Shown here piece after piece: positions 1 through 13,049 of a DNA stretch of 64,000 nucleotides. Source of the stretch: the human T2T-CHM13v2.0 reference genome, Homo sapiens. The stretch is taken from assembly GCF_009914755.1 (NCBI RefSeq), contig NC_060929.1. The stretch is one strand, 5' to 3'. The translations under genes were made by a program, and so were the position numbers. Each line of letters starts with the position of its first letter. Within the stretch, counting starts at the first letter, position 1. The notes below the pieces were generated by a model. The model did not search any database and was not told where the DNA came from. It saw nothing but the letters and a program-made list of their open reading frames with translations.

Positions 1-599
1 TCTGGAGCACGAGTCCTCTGCAAGCAGTCCTCCCAACAGATTGGCTGGAGGATGGTAGTATTTCCGTTTCTCAGTCCCTGTCTGAAGGAAGATCCCATTC
101 AGCGGGCTGATGGCGCGGGACATATCAACTCTCTAAACTGAGAGATTACAAAACAATCTCTAGAAAAACTCTTAAGATAACAGTCTCCCAATATCCTTTT
201 TATGAACTACATAGCACTTTCTCCGCTGTTCCCGCCTTGCAGATGGGTGTTTTAAAAAGTGCCAAGGGCCACAAAAGGAAACTCCCACTGACTCTACAGC
301 TTTTTGAAACCCAGTTCCTCCTTAAAACAGAAAATCAGGTGTGAGGGTCCCCAACTGTGCCCCAGGCCTTGCTTCCTACCCCTACCAGCAGCCCACCACC
401 TGAAGAGGACTGGCTGTCCAAGGCAGGGCAAATCGTTAGGCACCCCAGGAGGATGGCAAGGTTCAGCGCTTTAGCCAGCGGCGGGGGAGGAAAGAGGCTA
501 AATGGGGAAGTTGTAAAAGCGGCTTCGTTCGACGGTGGATCTCTGAACCTTAAAAGATTGGCGGGGACCCACTCACACTCCCTGGGGACCATTACTAAG

Positions 600-1500
600 A
601 GGTCTGCTGTGCCGACCCGAGGGGGCGCCAACTGCCCGCGCGGAACCGGGCCGTGGGCCTGGGGTTCGGGAAGCGTGCGCCACCCCCGGTCGGGCCTGGC
701 TTCCTTCTTGAATGCCCCCGGCGCAGGCCCGGTGCTTTGTCCCTCCGGCCTTCTCAAGGAGTGGTGGCCTTCTGCGGGGGCGAGAGCACGGCCTCTAGCC
801 TTCCGCCGACGTCTCAGTGCGCAGATACCGCGGCCCGGGCCCCTCCGCCGCGCGGGGGACCGCACTAGCGTCGACCTCCCGGCAGCCAACCCCGCGCGCA
901 AGGCTCCGCGGCCGGATATGGGCCTAGCTTCCGGGATCCGCTCCCTGCGGGGCCGCGCTTAGGGTCGGAGTTCGCTAGTCCAGGGAAAGGGGTGGGAGGG
1001 GCCCTCGGAGGGGCCCCTACAAGGGATCCCAGTCCGCAGAATTAAAAATTCGTTCGCAAGGGAGCGCCCTTCCGGGGTCAGGGTCGTGAAGAGACACTCG
1101 AGAATTAGGGTCCTGGACTGCAGTGGGGCCGGGCCTGGACTTCGGGCAGGTGTTTCCTGGCCGCCCTGGGGCCCTGCAGCACCGAGGGCCGCGCTGATCT
1201 CAGGGCTCAGGCGGACGAGGGGCCGCCACAGGCACCTTAGGACCCTGGCGGCCTGAAGGCCTGGGGCCTTCAGGAAAGCCTCGGGCACTCCCAGCGGGGG
1301 ACCTAGCGCCAGGTCACGATTCCATTCGGGGCGGGGAGCTTCTAAGCAGGAGTTGCTGACCAAGGAAAGAGTCTGGACCCGGGACCTCATCCCTGAGGAC
1401 CAGACCACGACCTTGGAGCTCAGCTCTCAGTCCTTCCCGGCTAGGGATGCGGAGGGGTCGGGAGCTCGACGGCTAAGCGGCAGGGAATCCTGAGTTCCTA
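600..1500. promoter_or_regulatory. CpG island (possible alternative NR2F1-AS1 promoter)
   Basis: High GC and CpG density by eye; boundaries approximate. Confidence 0.7.
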
Positions 1501-2049
1501 GAGATCTACAGAAAGCAGAAGAACGACACTAGATGAGACTAGACAGTGACGGCGGAAGGACGGAACCACATGGAGACTGACACACTTTGCGAGTTGGGAC
1601 TCAATTGCATTTCTTTAAGTCCTTGATTCCGAAGTTTCCCCGCCCTCCTATGCAAGAGCGTTTGGGGAAACTAAGTTCCTTAGACTCTTTCATCCTTGTT
1701 ATGTGAGCTCAGGGAGGAAGGCAGACAATAGCTGCAGCCTAAACACCTGCTATCTCTCAATGCAATAAGATATAGACGGTGATTGGAGTCGTTTCTCTTT
1801 TTGCTTCCAGAGGGAGCTCAAACCTGAAGCATCAAGGTTATCTTTTTCCAAAGGTAAAACAAGAGACTTGCAAAACCTGCTAGGGACACCACAGCTCACA
1901 TCTGGAGGGGGTTCCCCTTTGCAAACGGAAAAGGCAATATGATTTTTTTTTTCATTTTAGGATTTGTGTGAACCTAAGTTCGGTACCTGCGACGAGTAAA
2001 AACACTTATTTGACCCTCTAGAGACTCAGCTAGAACTGACTGAGCAAAG

Positions 2050-3600
2050 GGAAATCAGGCAAAAGAAAGGGAAGGTACTGAGGAGAAAACGGTAAGCGGA
2101 GGTCTGGGGTGGGATAGTGCGCAGGGGTTCCTCTGACCGGGCGGCGGGACCCAGCTGCCGCGCAGGTAAATCCCAATACGCCTGGCACTGGGGTTCTGGA
2201 CAGACTTGGTCTAAATACAGCCACGTGCTCGGGGCTGCTGTGCTCCAGCTGTGCGTTTCGGAGCGGTTTGCGCGCACGCGCACGTACACACACTCACACG
2301 GGCGCGTGCCTCTGTCCTGGCGCTGGGGCCTGAGGTTGTCCAAGCAGCGGAACCCCCCTGTTCCCGCCGGCCACTTGATGATGTCGCTCAAACTAGATAC
2401 GGGGTCTCTCTAGTCAAGGAGGGCGGGCAGACAGAGGCGCCCGGCTTGTGGGTATCCAGCCCCACGTAGGGGAAGGGCTCATAGAGGGGCAGAGCCCAGG
2501 GAGAAGCGACATGCCCCCGGCTCCGTGCTCCTCTTCGCCTATCGGCCGGGTCACCTGTCAGCCGGTGCTCTCTCGGCTGGCTCCCCGTCCCTCCTCGCTC
2601 CCCGCAGCCACGCAACAACGCGCTGTCAGCCCGAGCTGGGCGCCTTGGCCTCTTTCTGGTGCCCCAGCCCTGCGAGCCAGGGCTCACCCCACACTGACGC
2701 TTCCAGGTACAAACACCACCAGCGCCGTTATTCCAGACTCCAGATCCCTGCCTTTTCCCCCCACCGAGCAAAGACAGGCCGGTGTTTGGGGGTGGTTGTT
2801 GTTCTTTTAAAAGTATATTAAAGGATCATTGGCGTCTCCCTGTCAAGTCATTACGCCTTTATCCCCATCAATTAACCACACCTCAGAGGGCTGCTATTAA
2901 GAGCTCAAATGAGCTGCAAAAGTAGGTATCCCGTTTCAGGCAGATGTTGTTATCTCCCGCTGAGAGGCGCGGCCGGCGGGGCCGGATCCTCCGCTTCCCG
3001 CGACTGCCGGAGTCGCGCTGGACTAGGCTGACCGCGCAGGGCGGCGAGGCTGGAAGGGAGGTCTCCGCCCGACAATGCGCAGGTGCCAGAGGAGCCAGGA
3101 GGAGTGAGAAGCGCCCTAGACCCGCGGCCTCAAGCGCCATGCACGTCAAGGGGAAGTGACTCCGGAGTTGTGCCAGGAAGAACACCAAGAACGAGCTGTG
3201 CGTTTTTGCGCAGAGAAGTAGTCTTCGCAAGACCGCAGCTCCCTGCCGAAGGCCCAGAAAGGGAGTGCGGGGGAGAGGGCAAACTAGTGAGTTTGGCTGG
3301 CAGTGCTCCCCCGACACACCCCACTTTCTTTTCCTGCCACTCCAGACTCCTTCCCGGCAGCGGGCCTCCAGAACCCCTTGTTGGTAAAGGCGAGGTGCTG
3401 TGGGGATGCAGGATATGGAATTAGGGAATTCGGGACGGAAACGTAGCGTTTAGGACAAAGGGGATTCACTGGGGACTTCCGCGGCCTTTGCCCAGATGCG
3501 CCTTTCCACCCTTTCTCACTCCAGTCACTCCCGAGGACTTGGGGCACGACTATCACACGCAACTGGGAGATCCTGGAAGACGGAGGAAAAACGAACAAGG
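2050..3600. promoter_or_regulatory. CpG island
   Basis: CpG-rich, with an embedded AT-rich motif block at 2810-2960. Confidence 0.65.
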
Positions 3601-6600
3601 GGACATGGCCCTCACTGCAGTGACAGGGCTTTCCTTCAGTCAGTGGCCACAATAAATTTAACCAAGGCTAAAGGAGATTAATTTCCCAGCATAATCCAAT
3701 TAAAAGATTTCTAAAGTAATCTTTTGCGAAAATGAAAAGTGCGCGACTAAAGAGGGGACTGGTTTTGATGACAGTGATTTATCGCCTCAGCACAGCACGC
3801 ACGGGACGCTGTCTCTCCAAGCGATTTGACCAGAGCATCCCGTCCTCGCCTCCTGTCCAAACCTTCCTCTTCCTGAAAGACAGCCATCTATCACGCCAAC
3901 CTGGGCAGGAGAGAATGTGCAAGGGGCTGGGGCGGCTTACAAGCACCACAGACCTTTTTAAGTGCTATTAGATTTATGGTCTCTTTTTCGACACCCATCC
4001 AGAGTAATTAGCACATATGTTCTAAATAGATGATAGTTTTGTGAGCAATAAAGCAATTACCCATCGTTGGAGCTGACAGTTCCTCCAACTAAACTCCAAC
4101 CAGCAGCTAATTGGAAAAGTCATTTCAGCTCCATTGTCTGCAATTAGTCCTGCTAAACTACTACACCCCAACTAGCTGGTTTGAGTTTAATTTATTCAAT
4201 GTTGTGTTTGCATGGACAAGCCTTTGCCACGAAGGGACTTGCCTTTTGCCCCTCTAGACTGCGCCCAGGGACTAGAAGAGCAAGTGGGAGTGAGCAGCCG
4301 ATATCTGGGGGCTGGGATGGCCCCCGGGGGAGGAGGCACCCGACTGGGCCTCAGCTTCAAGGTTAGTTGTCCAGCGGCTGAAAGCCTGCAGAGAAAACCA
4401 TTGTTTCTCCTGCTAGACAGTAACCGGAGAAAACTGCTCAGTTCATGCTACCAAAACCTTTATTTAAAAAATTAGAAATTGTCACCACAGAGAAAGCGAC
4501 TGGGTTCTCAACTCACCCCTTGTTCACACATCCAGTCATGACCCTGGGCCACCACATCATCCCTAAGGAATAAACATAGAGTCAGACCGCCAAAACAGAA
4601 AAGTTCTGAGCCCTGGGGGAGTGGGGGACAGGTTTCAACTCTGGGAGTGATTCGTGGAAAGAAAAGAAAAGAAAGGTCAGGAAGCCCAGCCTCTGCCTTA
4701 GCCACTCTGAGTTTAAAGCCACTTTCCCCTTAAAAGTGGGGTTTCTCTGTGACTTTGTTTGATTTTTTTCCCCTTCCTTTCTTATATTTTTTTTCTTCCT
4801 TTCTTTCTAAAAGTTAAGCCCAACAGGTCCAGGATTTGTGCACAGTGAGTGGAAAAAATGTGTTAAACGTCGGTTTGACGCCCCACCGGAGCTTCCAAAT
4901 ATCCAGCGGCTGGGATTCTTCTACTTAATTTAATCTTTATTGGACAGGGCGGCTCCTATGCTCCTATTCACTAGGAAACCCGGGGAAACATATCCGTTGG
5001 GGTTCAGAATTGAGGGTGGGAAGGAGAGGAGTTAAAGAGGGATTAATCCTCCCCCACCCAACTTCAAACTTTAGAACTGCAATCGCCTGCAGCCTGGGGG
5101 GGTGTCCCCCAAGTCCCAGCCCTGACAGCCCAGGGTCTCTGCGATCTGGAGCCAGAGGAAGAGAGGTTGGCAGGTTGAGATGGGAACTTGTATCCCTAGT
5201 AACCAAGTATTCCCTTGATGGAATTTTACATTAAAGTGTCCCAAGCTCTGGGAGCAATGAGAATTTTACTTAGAAGAACATGGGGTGGGGGGAGCATCCT
5301 CCTCTTAGGAGGTAAAGCCCAGTGCTTTCAGTCCTAGAAATCCAATGTCCTTTTCTGGATTATCATTCATATTAAATGTCCTGGGAGATGTTTTTCTTTT
5401 TGAAGTAAATACTATAACAATGCCTGGAAGACAACTTGGACATTTTAACCAGCATGTGAGACTTCCTAAGATAATTCCTATTTCAAATAAATTATGATAA
5501 ATTGCTCAGCTTCAAGAATTTGGAGACGTGTCTATAGCATGTAAAACTTTTAAACTGCCTAATGTCAGGCTCTTATTTTCCACTATTTATTGTATTTTAA
5601 CCAATTTAACTCCAAGCAAAAAGAAAAAATTGTGGGGAGAAATTGAAAGTAAAGGTCTTGTCTTGCCCCATTACCTCCCACCTGTCACACAATCTCCTCC
5701 CCCTGAAGAGAAATCCTCCTGTCACTGTGACTTCCAGTTGAAAACAGAAAGGAAATAAGATGACTTCTGGAAAAAGCTGTCCATTGTGTTCTTAATTGTT
5801 TGCTTTTTTTTTTCAGTACTTAAATATGCCCAGAGAGTGAGGGCATGAAAAAGCTAAATGAAGAGTCAGCTGAAAGTATCACCTAGACTGCTTGTTAGAG
5901 AATTCTAAGGTAGACGTGTGTGCATACTTATGCATGAGGGTAAAATAACCTACCTAATCATCGCCCCCCATGTATGGGAAATATTGACATATATATCCAT
6001 GAACTGAAAAATCTTTAAGTACATGTGTGCAGAGATTCAGTTCTATGAAAGCTCAGCTAGCTGTCCGCATGCATGTATTCACTTCTGGAGTAAAGGCATT
6101 TTTGTTGCTCCCATAGTTTCTTTCCATTAAGAGCGATTAGATGATGTCTATTCAAAGTTGCTGATCCAGAGAGAAAATAAGAGTAGATAAAAGGAGATTT
6201 CAAGTGACCTCCTCATCCCTTTCACACCAACCTGAGCCCTAGAATAGCCAAGGATCAACTAACACAAAAGCCCTTTCCTTTCTCTTTTCAGCTTCAGAAG
6301 ACTTTATGCAGGGGGGTAACAATAAAACATAGAACGATCCCCGAGTTTTGTTAGATCATGCATTCAGAATACTTTATTAACTCCCCCCAAAGATGGGCTA
6401 GGTTTATTTTCCACCTTTGAAATGGGTAAATAAAATATATATAGCATAACAAAGGGCATAATTGTTTACTGTTCTATTGCTTATATCAGTGGTGTCCTAT
6501 GCTTGTGCTTTTTTTTTTTTTTCATTTAAACTTTAGCTAAACCTCCTCTCTCCTCAACGATGGAGGACATTGTAATAAATATATCTTTCCACTGACAGTT

Positions 6601-9600
6601 TAGAAGGAAATGTTAGGTTTATTATTTAGATCAACGTTCTGATAGGTAAATACAATTGCAACATGACTGGTAACACCAGCAGACCTGCTGGCTTTTTGAG
6701 CCAATACTTTTCCACTAGTTTATCTCATAGGCAGTAAAGAAAGTGACATTAAACACTGAAACATATTAGAGCAGTCTTTAGTCAGTGAAATATCCAACTC
6801 AGATCTACTTCTGATGGGCTAATCCTGTAGTAGAAGAAATAGGTGCTCTGACAGGTAACTATTAAGGGAAATGATTATGTAGAGCAGTTGATTGTATTCT
6901 CAGGGTACTCCAACAACCTTCAGACTCATTTCAAAACTTCAACTTTCATCCAAACCTAATCCATTTTCCCTGGAAAGAATAGCCATGCGGTTTTATTCTT
7001 CACTCAAGCTGGGTATTTAAAATAAATAAATTTTATAACATAAAAGTCTTCAATTATTTCCTTTTTTCTTTTTGCATAAATGCATTTAGATAGCTAAGAC
7101 TTGATTTTTATAAAAAGTAAATATTTGGCTCTAGCTTCACTGGTGTGCTAAGAATGATTGTCACTTTTCCTCCTCTAAAAAGGCTCGATTTGCATCCAAA
7201 GGTCAGTGCTTGCTCTCCTGCCGTCCTTCCTCCTGCTGCTTCTCCTGGGCCCTCTAACTGGGGGCCTAGGCCAAAAGGAGAAGTGCTTCCCTTATCTCTC
7301 TTTTTCAAAACACGTGCTTTAAATGACCGGTTTGAGATAGAAAACTAAACTAAGGTACAGCACTTATCTCTGAGCATTTCGACCCAAAGGTGACAAAGAA
7401 GAAATGCCTGGGCTACCAGAGCGATAGTAAACCCTGGAGTCTGTTGGGTTCATGGTTTGACTATATGTGCACGCTAAGGGTAGGCAGTCCACCAGAAGCC
7501 TGACTCCTAACTTGGCCTATCCACCTGGTTTTTTGTTGATAAAGGCAGAACTTTTTACAACTAGGCAGCCACAATATAGGCTGGGTTCAGTCTTGGGGGT
7601 AAAGATTTCTGAGATAGGCTGGGGTTTAGTTTGTTTGTTTTGGTTTTGTGTTTTAGTAATCACAAAACATTAGATGGGCATTCCTGCACCTCTCTCCACC
7701 CTTTCTTCCAAAAGATCTGTGTGAGACCATTTTAAATACATCTTCAACTATGTCCTTCCTGGCTTTAATCTCATGCCAGGGGAGACTAATTGATTCAGCA
7801 CCTTTCAAATAAGCTCTTTGGGAAAGGTCTGCAGCAAGATCAGAGGCACTGACCTTTTTCTCAATGATTGCAGGCATGTTCATCTCTCCAGATGGGCTCG
7901 ATAAAACGGGGTTAGTTCTGTTCTGTGGTCTTGCTAAACAGAATAATACCATTTTTAACGATTTTGAGGTAGGGAAGAGGTATAAAAGAGAATTTCCTAC
8001 ACATATCTGATCATTTGTAGGGTCCCATGGCTCTTGAACTAGATTTAGAAAATGTTTTTACAAGGCCACTTTTGTTCAGTGTGACTTACCAAAAAGCTAA
8101 AATGAATGACTTTCGGGAGACCAAGATATCAATATCAAAAAAAGCCCATAGAATTAGTGAAAAATGGTTCAGCCTCGTGGTAAGAAAGATATGGAGGGAG
8201 AGGATATGTTAACAGACAGACAGTCCGCTTAGATCCGGATTCTGGGGCCTGGAACGCAAGTCAACCCTGAATGTGCAGCCAAACCGATCTGTGCTTCTCT
8301 TCCTCTCTCACCAGATCACAATTTACTGGGTGGCAAGCTGGGAGAGATCAAGCTTTGTCTGGTATGTCTTTTAAAACGTGATTAACGCTGAGCTTGATGC
8401 TAGCAGCCCGCAAGGGGTACTATAGGCTTACAGCCTAATTCCTTTCCCCAAGCGGAGCGGTACCTTCTCATCGCCTTTTTGGGGAACTACACTAAAGATC
8501 TAGTGTGCACTGAACAGGTCTGTGGGAACCAGGAAGGCAGAGGAAGGAAGGGAGGCTCCCGGGAGCCCAGGCCCCGGCAAGGCCCTTACAGTTCCCAGAC
8601 CCGCCAAACCGAAAGAGAGACCCTGGAGAGGGCTGAGCCCCTGTGGGCCTGGCTGGAGGCCTCGGGTAGGATGCTGAGGCAAGAGCCACAGCGGTCCGAG
8701 TCCAAGAACCACGTCCAGACTCAGCTTAAGGTTCCGAGGTGAAAGGCCTGGCCTAGAAGGGAGGGAGAGAGATCTGAAGAAGAGGGGGTGGGTGAAAGAA
8801 ACGTGGACACTACAACTGCGTTTTCTGCTCCTGCAGCTGAGCGTGCCTGGACAAGTATGTAGGATTTCCCAATTGGGGGATCTAAGTACTCTCGAAAACT
8901 ATGATCAGTTTTCTATTAGGTACCCTACCCCACAACAACAGATATCATTATTTCCTGGTTGAGTGTGGGTCGCATTAGGCCCAGGACAAGTGTGCCAATT
9001 GGGACCAGTATCAAAAGAGAGCCTTGAAGAAAGAAAGAAAGGGCTTCCCAGGAACTAAGCTGACCTCTCAGTGCCTCTAGGGAAGACATTTTTGCTGGAG
9101 GCAGGGCTATGAGCACAAGTGGGGCGCCCTGTGGGTGTGCAACCGCGGTCGGGGAGCACAGGCTTCCGAAGAGAAACTGAGCTCTAAGTGCCACTCAGGC
9201 CGGACGAGTTCCAGAGGGGGACAGCGCCCTCCTCGAAAAGCCTTGGTTTCTCCCCGCCCCCTCTTGTGACAGAAAGTTGGCAAGGATGCCCCGTAGGAGT
9301 GCGAGCCGCTCCCCTCCTCCGAAAAGCCGCGGGCTTCCGCTGCTCCGGGCATCACCACCAACAGCTTCCCACTCCCACCCCTGGGACTAGGACAGGGGAC
9401 TTCACCCTCCTCCTTCCTTCCGGAGGAGCCCGCGGCTTCGCCTGAGGCCTCGCGGGCCCAACTTCTCCCCACCGCTAGGGTCACGCCGGGTCCCAGGGGC
9501 CTCTTTCAAGTTTGAAAGCTCTGTGGGGGCACGGAGAGCCCACAGTAAGGATGGGTGGGCGCCTCTGCTCCCGGGCAGGCTCAGCTGTCATCCCGTCTCG

Positions 9601-10545
9601 CCTTGGCCCTCACCTACAGGGCCTGACCCCGGGCCAGCCCAGCTAGGCAAGGCCTCCTCGCTTCCGAGACCCCCCAGCCCCCGGGTGCAGTCCCCAGCAT
9701 CGGCTGCCCCCGCCCCCCGCGCGCCCTCTGACGCAAACGCACGCCCCTGCCCCGCACGGAGGAAAGCGCTCTTGTTGGTTTTAATTGAGCCTCTTCCTTT
9801 CAACACACCCCCTCTGTCCCCACCCCTGGGAGGCGACCCCCTCCCCGCCCCCAGCCGGCTGGCAGCGGCGCAGGGAGTCTGGCTCGGCTGCTAGGCTGCG
9901 AATCCCGGTGCTCTCTCGCCGCCGCCGCAGGTTGTCTGCTCGGGAGAGCGGCTCGATGTCCCTTTTAATCCGCTGACACTATCGCCCACATCAGACAGGC
10001 AGCCATCGATCGCGTTACATTAGGGGATGGCGTTACAAACGGCGTCCGCAGGTGGGCGGCTGCAGCCAAGCTCGCCAGGTTCAGGCCGTAACCAGGCAAG
10101 GCGCGGGCACAAGGGCCAGCCGGGCCGGACTCTGCAGCCGGCTCCACCGCGGGTCGCGCTCGGCACCAGCAGGAACAGCCGGGCCGGTGTTAAACGTGCG
10201 GGTCCCCGTCCTCCGCCCGGGCATCCGTTTCCCGCCTAGGAGAGAGAGGGAATAGCGGGTGGGGGTGGGAGCAGCCTGTTTTGAATGTGGATTGCTGCTC
10301 GCCTGGCACGATCCTCCCCTCCAAGGAGGCGCGGCGGCCGCGATCCTCGCCTTAGCGCTACGGCGAGACAGAGGCCGAGCGAGGGCAACTCCCGAGCAGG
10401 CCCCGAAGAAAGTTCTCCTCGTCCCGCCCTGGCTGCCTAGACTCTGCTCTCGGCCTGCGGAGGCCGTGCGAGCCAAGACTGCCTCCCGGCCCTGCCCGTT
10501 ACCAACCCCAAGTTCAAGAGAAACGACAACCATTATGTTACTTGC

Positions 10546-10795
10546 CTGGTGAGGCAGGATTTGGCCGAGTCTCGTTTCTGGTGCCCACGACGCACGGTCC
10601 AGGGTCCGAGGGCGGCTGGGCCGGCGGACTGGGCATCCAGTGTGCCTGCGGTGCCCTGGCGCTCGCTGTCGCTGGTCTCCCACTCCCTTCGTCTCTCTCC
10701 GCGTTCTCCTTCCCTCGCCCTATCTCCCTCTCTCCGCCTGCTGCCTCTGCCCTCGACTCCCTGCCTCTGACTGTATGGGGAGTACGATTTAGAAT
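10546..10795 (-). ncRNA. NR2F1-AS1: Candidate NR2F1-AS1 internal exon (250 nt) with GC-AG donor
   Basis: Minus-strand acceptor cctttctatgtacAG| at 10797-10796; donor CAG|GCAAGT at 10546/10545. Confidence 0.5.
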
Positions 10796-11259
10796 CTGTA
10801 CATAGAAAGGTTTTCTTTTCTTTCTTTTCTTTTGGTCTATTTTAATCGTGTTCGTTTCACCTTTTAACTGACCAGAAGACGGGAGCGCGTTTGCGCGTTT
10901 ATTTGGGCATAGGGACGAGGGCAAGGAGCCCCTGCTACCCCCAGTCGCCTCCTCGCCATCAGCTGCGTACAATGGGCCACCGCTCGCGGAGTGCATTGAC
11001 AGTTCTCCATTATTCGAGCTGGAGGGGCTGTGGGGCAGGCACGGGAAAACCTTTTATTCTGCTCTTTAAAATCATCGCTCGTCACTAAGCGGTCGCCGAC
11101 TCCCGACTTGTAGGCTGGAGAGACCAGGAAGCGCAAAACGTCCCCCAAACACGCAGTGCTTCCCAAACCCCTCCCTGGTGAGACTTAAAGTGAGAACGAG
11201 TATTAAAAAACAAACCCTACCTCTGTCAATACAGCGTGGCCATTTACTTCCACCTTTAC

Positions 11260-11400
11260 CTGAGGGCGTGTTGGCGCTAGGAATGCTCGAGCTGAGACAA
11301 ACTTTTACGCCCTCGCGAGTCGAGGGGCGGGCGGGCGAGCGCGGCTCCCACCCCCGGCGGCGGCAGCGGCGGCTTTGTCACTCCGCGCGGCTCCGCGCCC
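11260..11400 (-). ncRNA. NR2F1-AS1: Probable first exon of the divergent lncRNA NR2F1-AS1 (5' end approximate)
   Basis: CpG island with GC boxes; minus-strand donor CAG|GTAAAG at 11260/11259; NR2F1-AS1 is known to start head-to-head about 2 kb upstream of NR2F1. Confidence 0.55.
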
Positions 11401-11626
11401 GCCTGAGCCTGCCTAGGGGAGCGATCTCAAAACGAGGGGGGTGCGAGTATGCGATTGGAGAATATGTAACTAATAGAAGTATCATTTTCCCCCAGTACGA
11501 TCTTTCAAGGAAAAAAAAATCCATTGAAAGAATTTTCAAAGTGCTGTCTTCGTTTGGAGAAAAGGCACAGGCTGCCTGCGGGGAGGGGAGGAGGGACTCG
11601 GCTGTGCGCCGCCCGGGAGCGGCTCC

Positions 11627-11645
11627 CGTCCGCTAGGTGGCAGCC
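11627..11645 (+). promoter_or_regulatory. CTCF motif, forward
   Basis: CGTCCGCTAGGTGGCAGCC matches the core CC(A/G)C(C/T)AG(G/A)TGGCAG. Confidence 0.6.
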
Positions 11646-11740
11646 GGAGCCAGCGATTCCTGCAAGCCCCGCCGCGGGACCCGCTCCTCCCGCCTGCCCC
11701 TCCTCCCGCGACCAATCACCTTCAGGATTCAGGAATCGGG

Positions 11741-11743
11741 GTC

Positions 11744-11807
<64 letters not shown>

Positions 11808-11876
11808 CCTCTCCCTCTCCCTCTCCCTCTCCTCTCTCCCTCTCCCTCTCCCTCTCCCTCTCCCTCTCCCTCTCGT

Positions 11877-11927
<51 letters not shown>

Positions 11928-12195
11928 CTCTCTCCTCTCTCTCTCGGTCTCTCTCTCTCTCTCTGGGTCTCTCTCTCTCTCTCTCTCTCTGGGTCTCTCT
12001 CTCTCTCCTCTCTCTCTGGGTCTCTCTCTCTCTCCTCTCTCTCTCTCTCCCCTCTCCTCTCTTCTCTCTCTCTCTCTCTCAATATCTCGCGCGCTCTCCT
12101 CTCTCCTCTCTTTCCTTTCCTCTCCTCTCTCTCTGTCTCTCTCTCTCCTCCTCCCCCTTTTCTCTCTCCCTCTCCGCCTCCCCCCCTCTCCATCT
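11741..12195. repeat. Complex (CT)n/(CTCTCC)n polypyrimidine tract, ~450 bp
   Basis: Read directly; explains the poly-SL and poly-ER pseudo-ORFs. Confidence 0.97.
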
Positions 12196-12830
12196 TCTCG
12201 TTTGTTTGCTCTTTTCCCGGGACTGACTTGGCCACACTAATCTCCCCCCACCCTGCAACAATATGGGGACTTACTACTGTTTTATTAATAATGATTGAAG
12301 CATTGTTGGAGTTTGGAACAGCCAGGTGATAAAAAAAAAAAAAAAGAAGAAGGAAAAATTGGATTGATTGGAAAGTTTATTTTTAAAATCATCTTTGGGA
12401 TAAATAGGAACCCTTGATTCCGATCGAATTTGTGGCAATAGCTGCAAATTCCAGGAGTGTGCTTTGTCATCATTAAACCTTTTAAACCAAGGTATACTTT
12501 GGATTAAAAAATAGGGAGATCCTACCCTGTTTCTACTTGTTTCTAAAAAGGATATAAAATGAGCAGAATCCAGACTTGGATTGTGCTTATATGTGAGAGA
12601 AGAAAACAATCCAAATCCAGTATATTTCACAAATCATTAAAATGGTGGGGGTTTCATTCCCATTAAAAATTTTTCCAAACATTTTCAATGACACTCTCTT
12701 CACGCTCATAAAATCTAATTTTAAAAACTTTTCAGAAGAAATCAAAATAATTTCCCTCTAATTCTCCTTTTGCCCATCGCTAGGCGTTCTCCCCCTCGTC
12801 ATCCCTTCCCCCTCTGGGGTGTGAGCGTAA

Positions 12831-12863
12831 GTGTGTGTGTGTGTGTATGTGTGTGTGTGTGTG
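12831..12863. repeat. (GT)n microsatellite
   Basis: gtgtgt... with one interruption. Confidence 0.95.
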
Positions 12864-13049
12864 ACCATAGACGACCCATACTAATCAGGTCTCAGAGTAA
12901 ATAGCAGCGCAGGGCGATCTCAATGTAAATTGCGCTTGTCAGAAACACACCCCCCTCCCTCACTTTCTCTCCTCCTCCCCACACCATCCCAGTCTGTAGG
13001 TAGCTAAGCGGGGGGGGGAGAAAGAAAGCAAAAGAGGAGGGGGGAGGGG

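Larger units (their letters stand above)
9100..11740. promoter_or_regulatory. CpG island over the NR2F1-AS1 5' end
   Basis: Dense CpG and GC boxes. Confidence 0.8.

Noticed and set aside
1176-1196. RE1-like TGCAGCACCGAGGGCCGCGCT
   Set aside because: The right half-site lacks GGACAG; only about 15/21 match in GC-rich background.
335-3652. Numerous 100-200 aa ORFs in the upstream CpG islands
   Set aside because: Expected by chance at this GC content; mostly non-ATG starts; no coherent protein features.
11524-12329. ORFs of 168-238 aa (poly-SL and poly-ER)
   Set aside because: Translations of the CT microsatellite.
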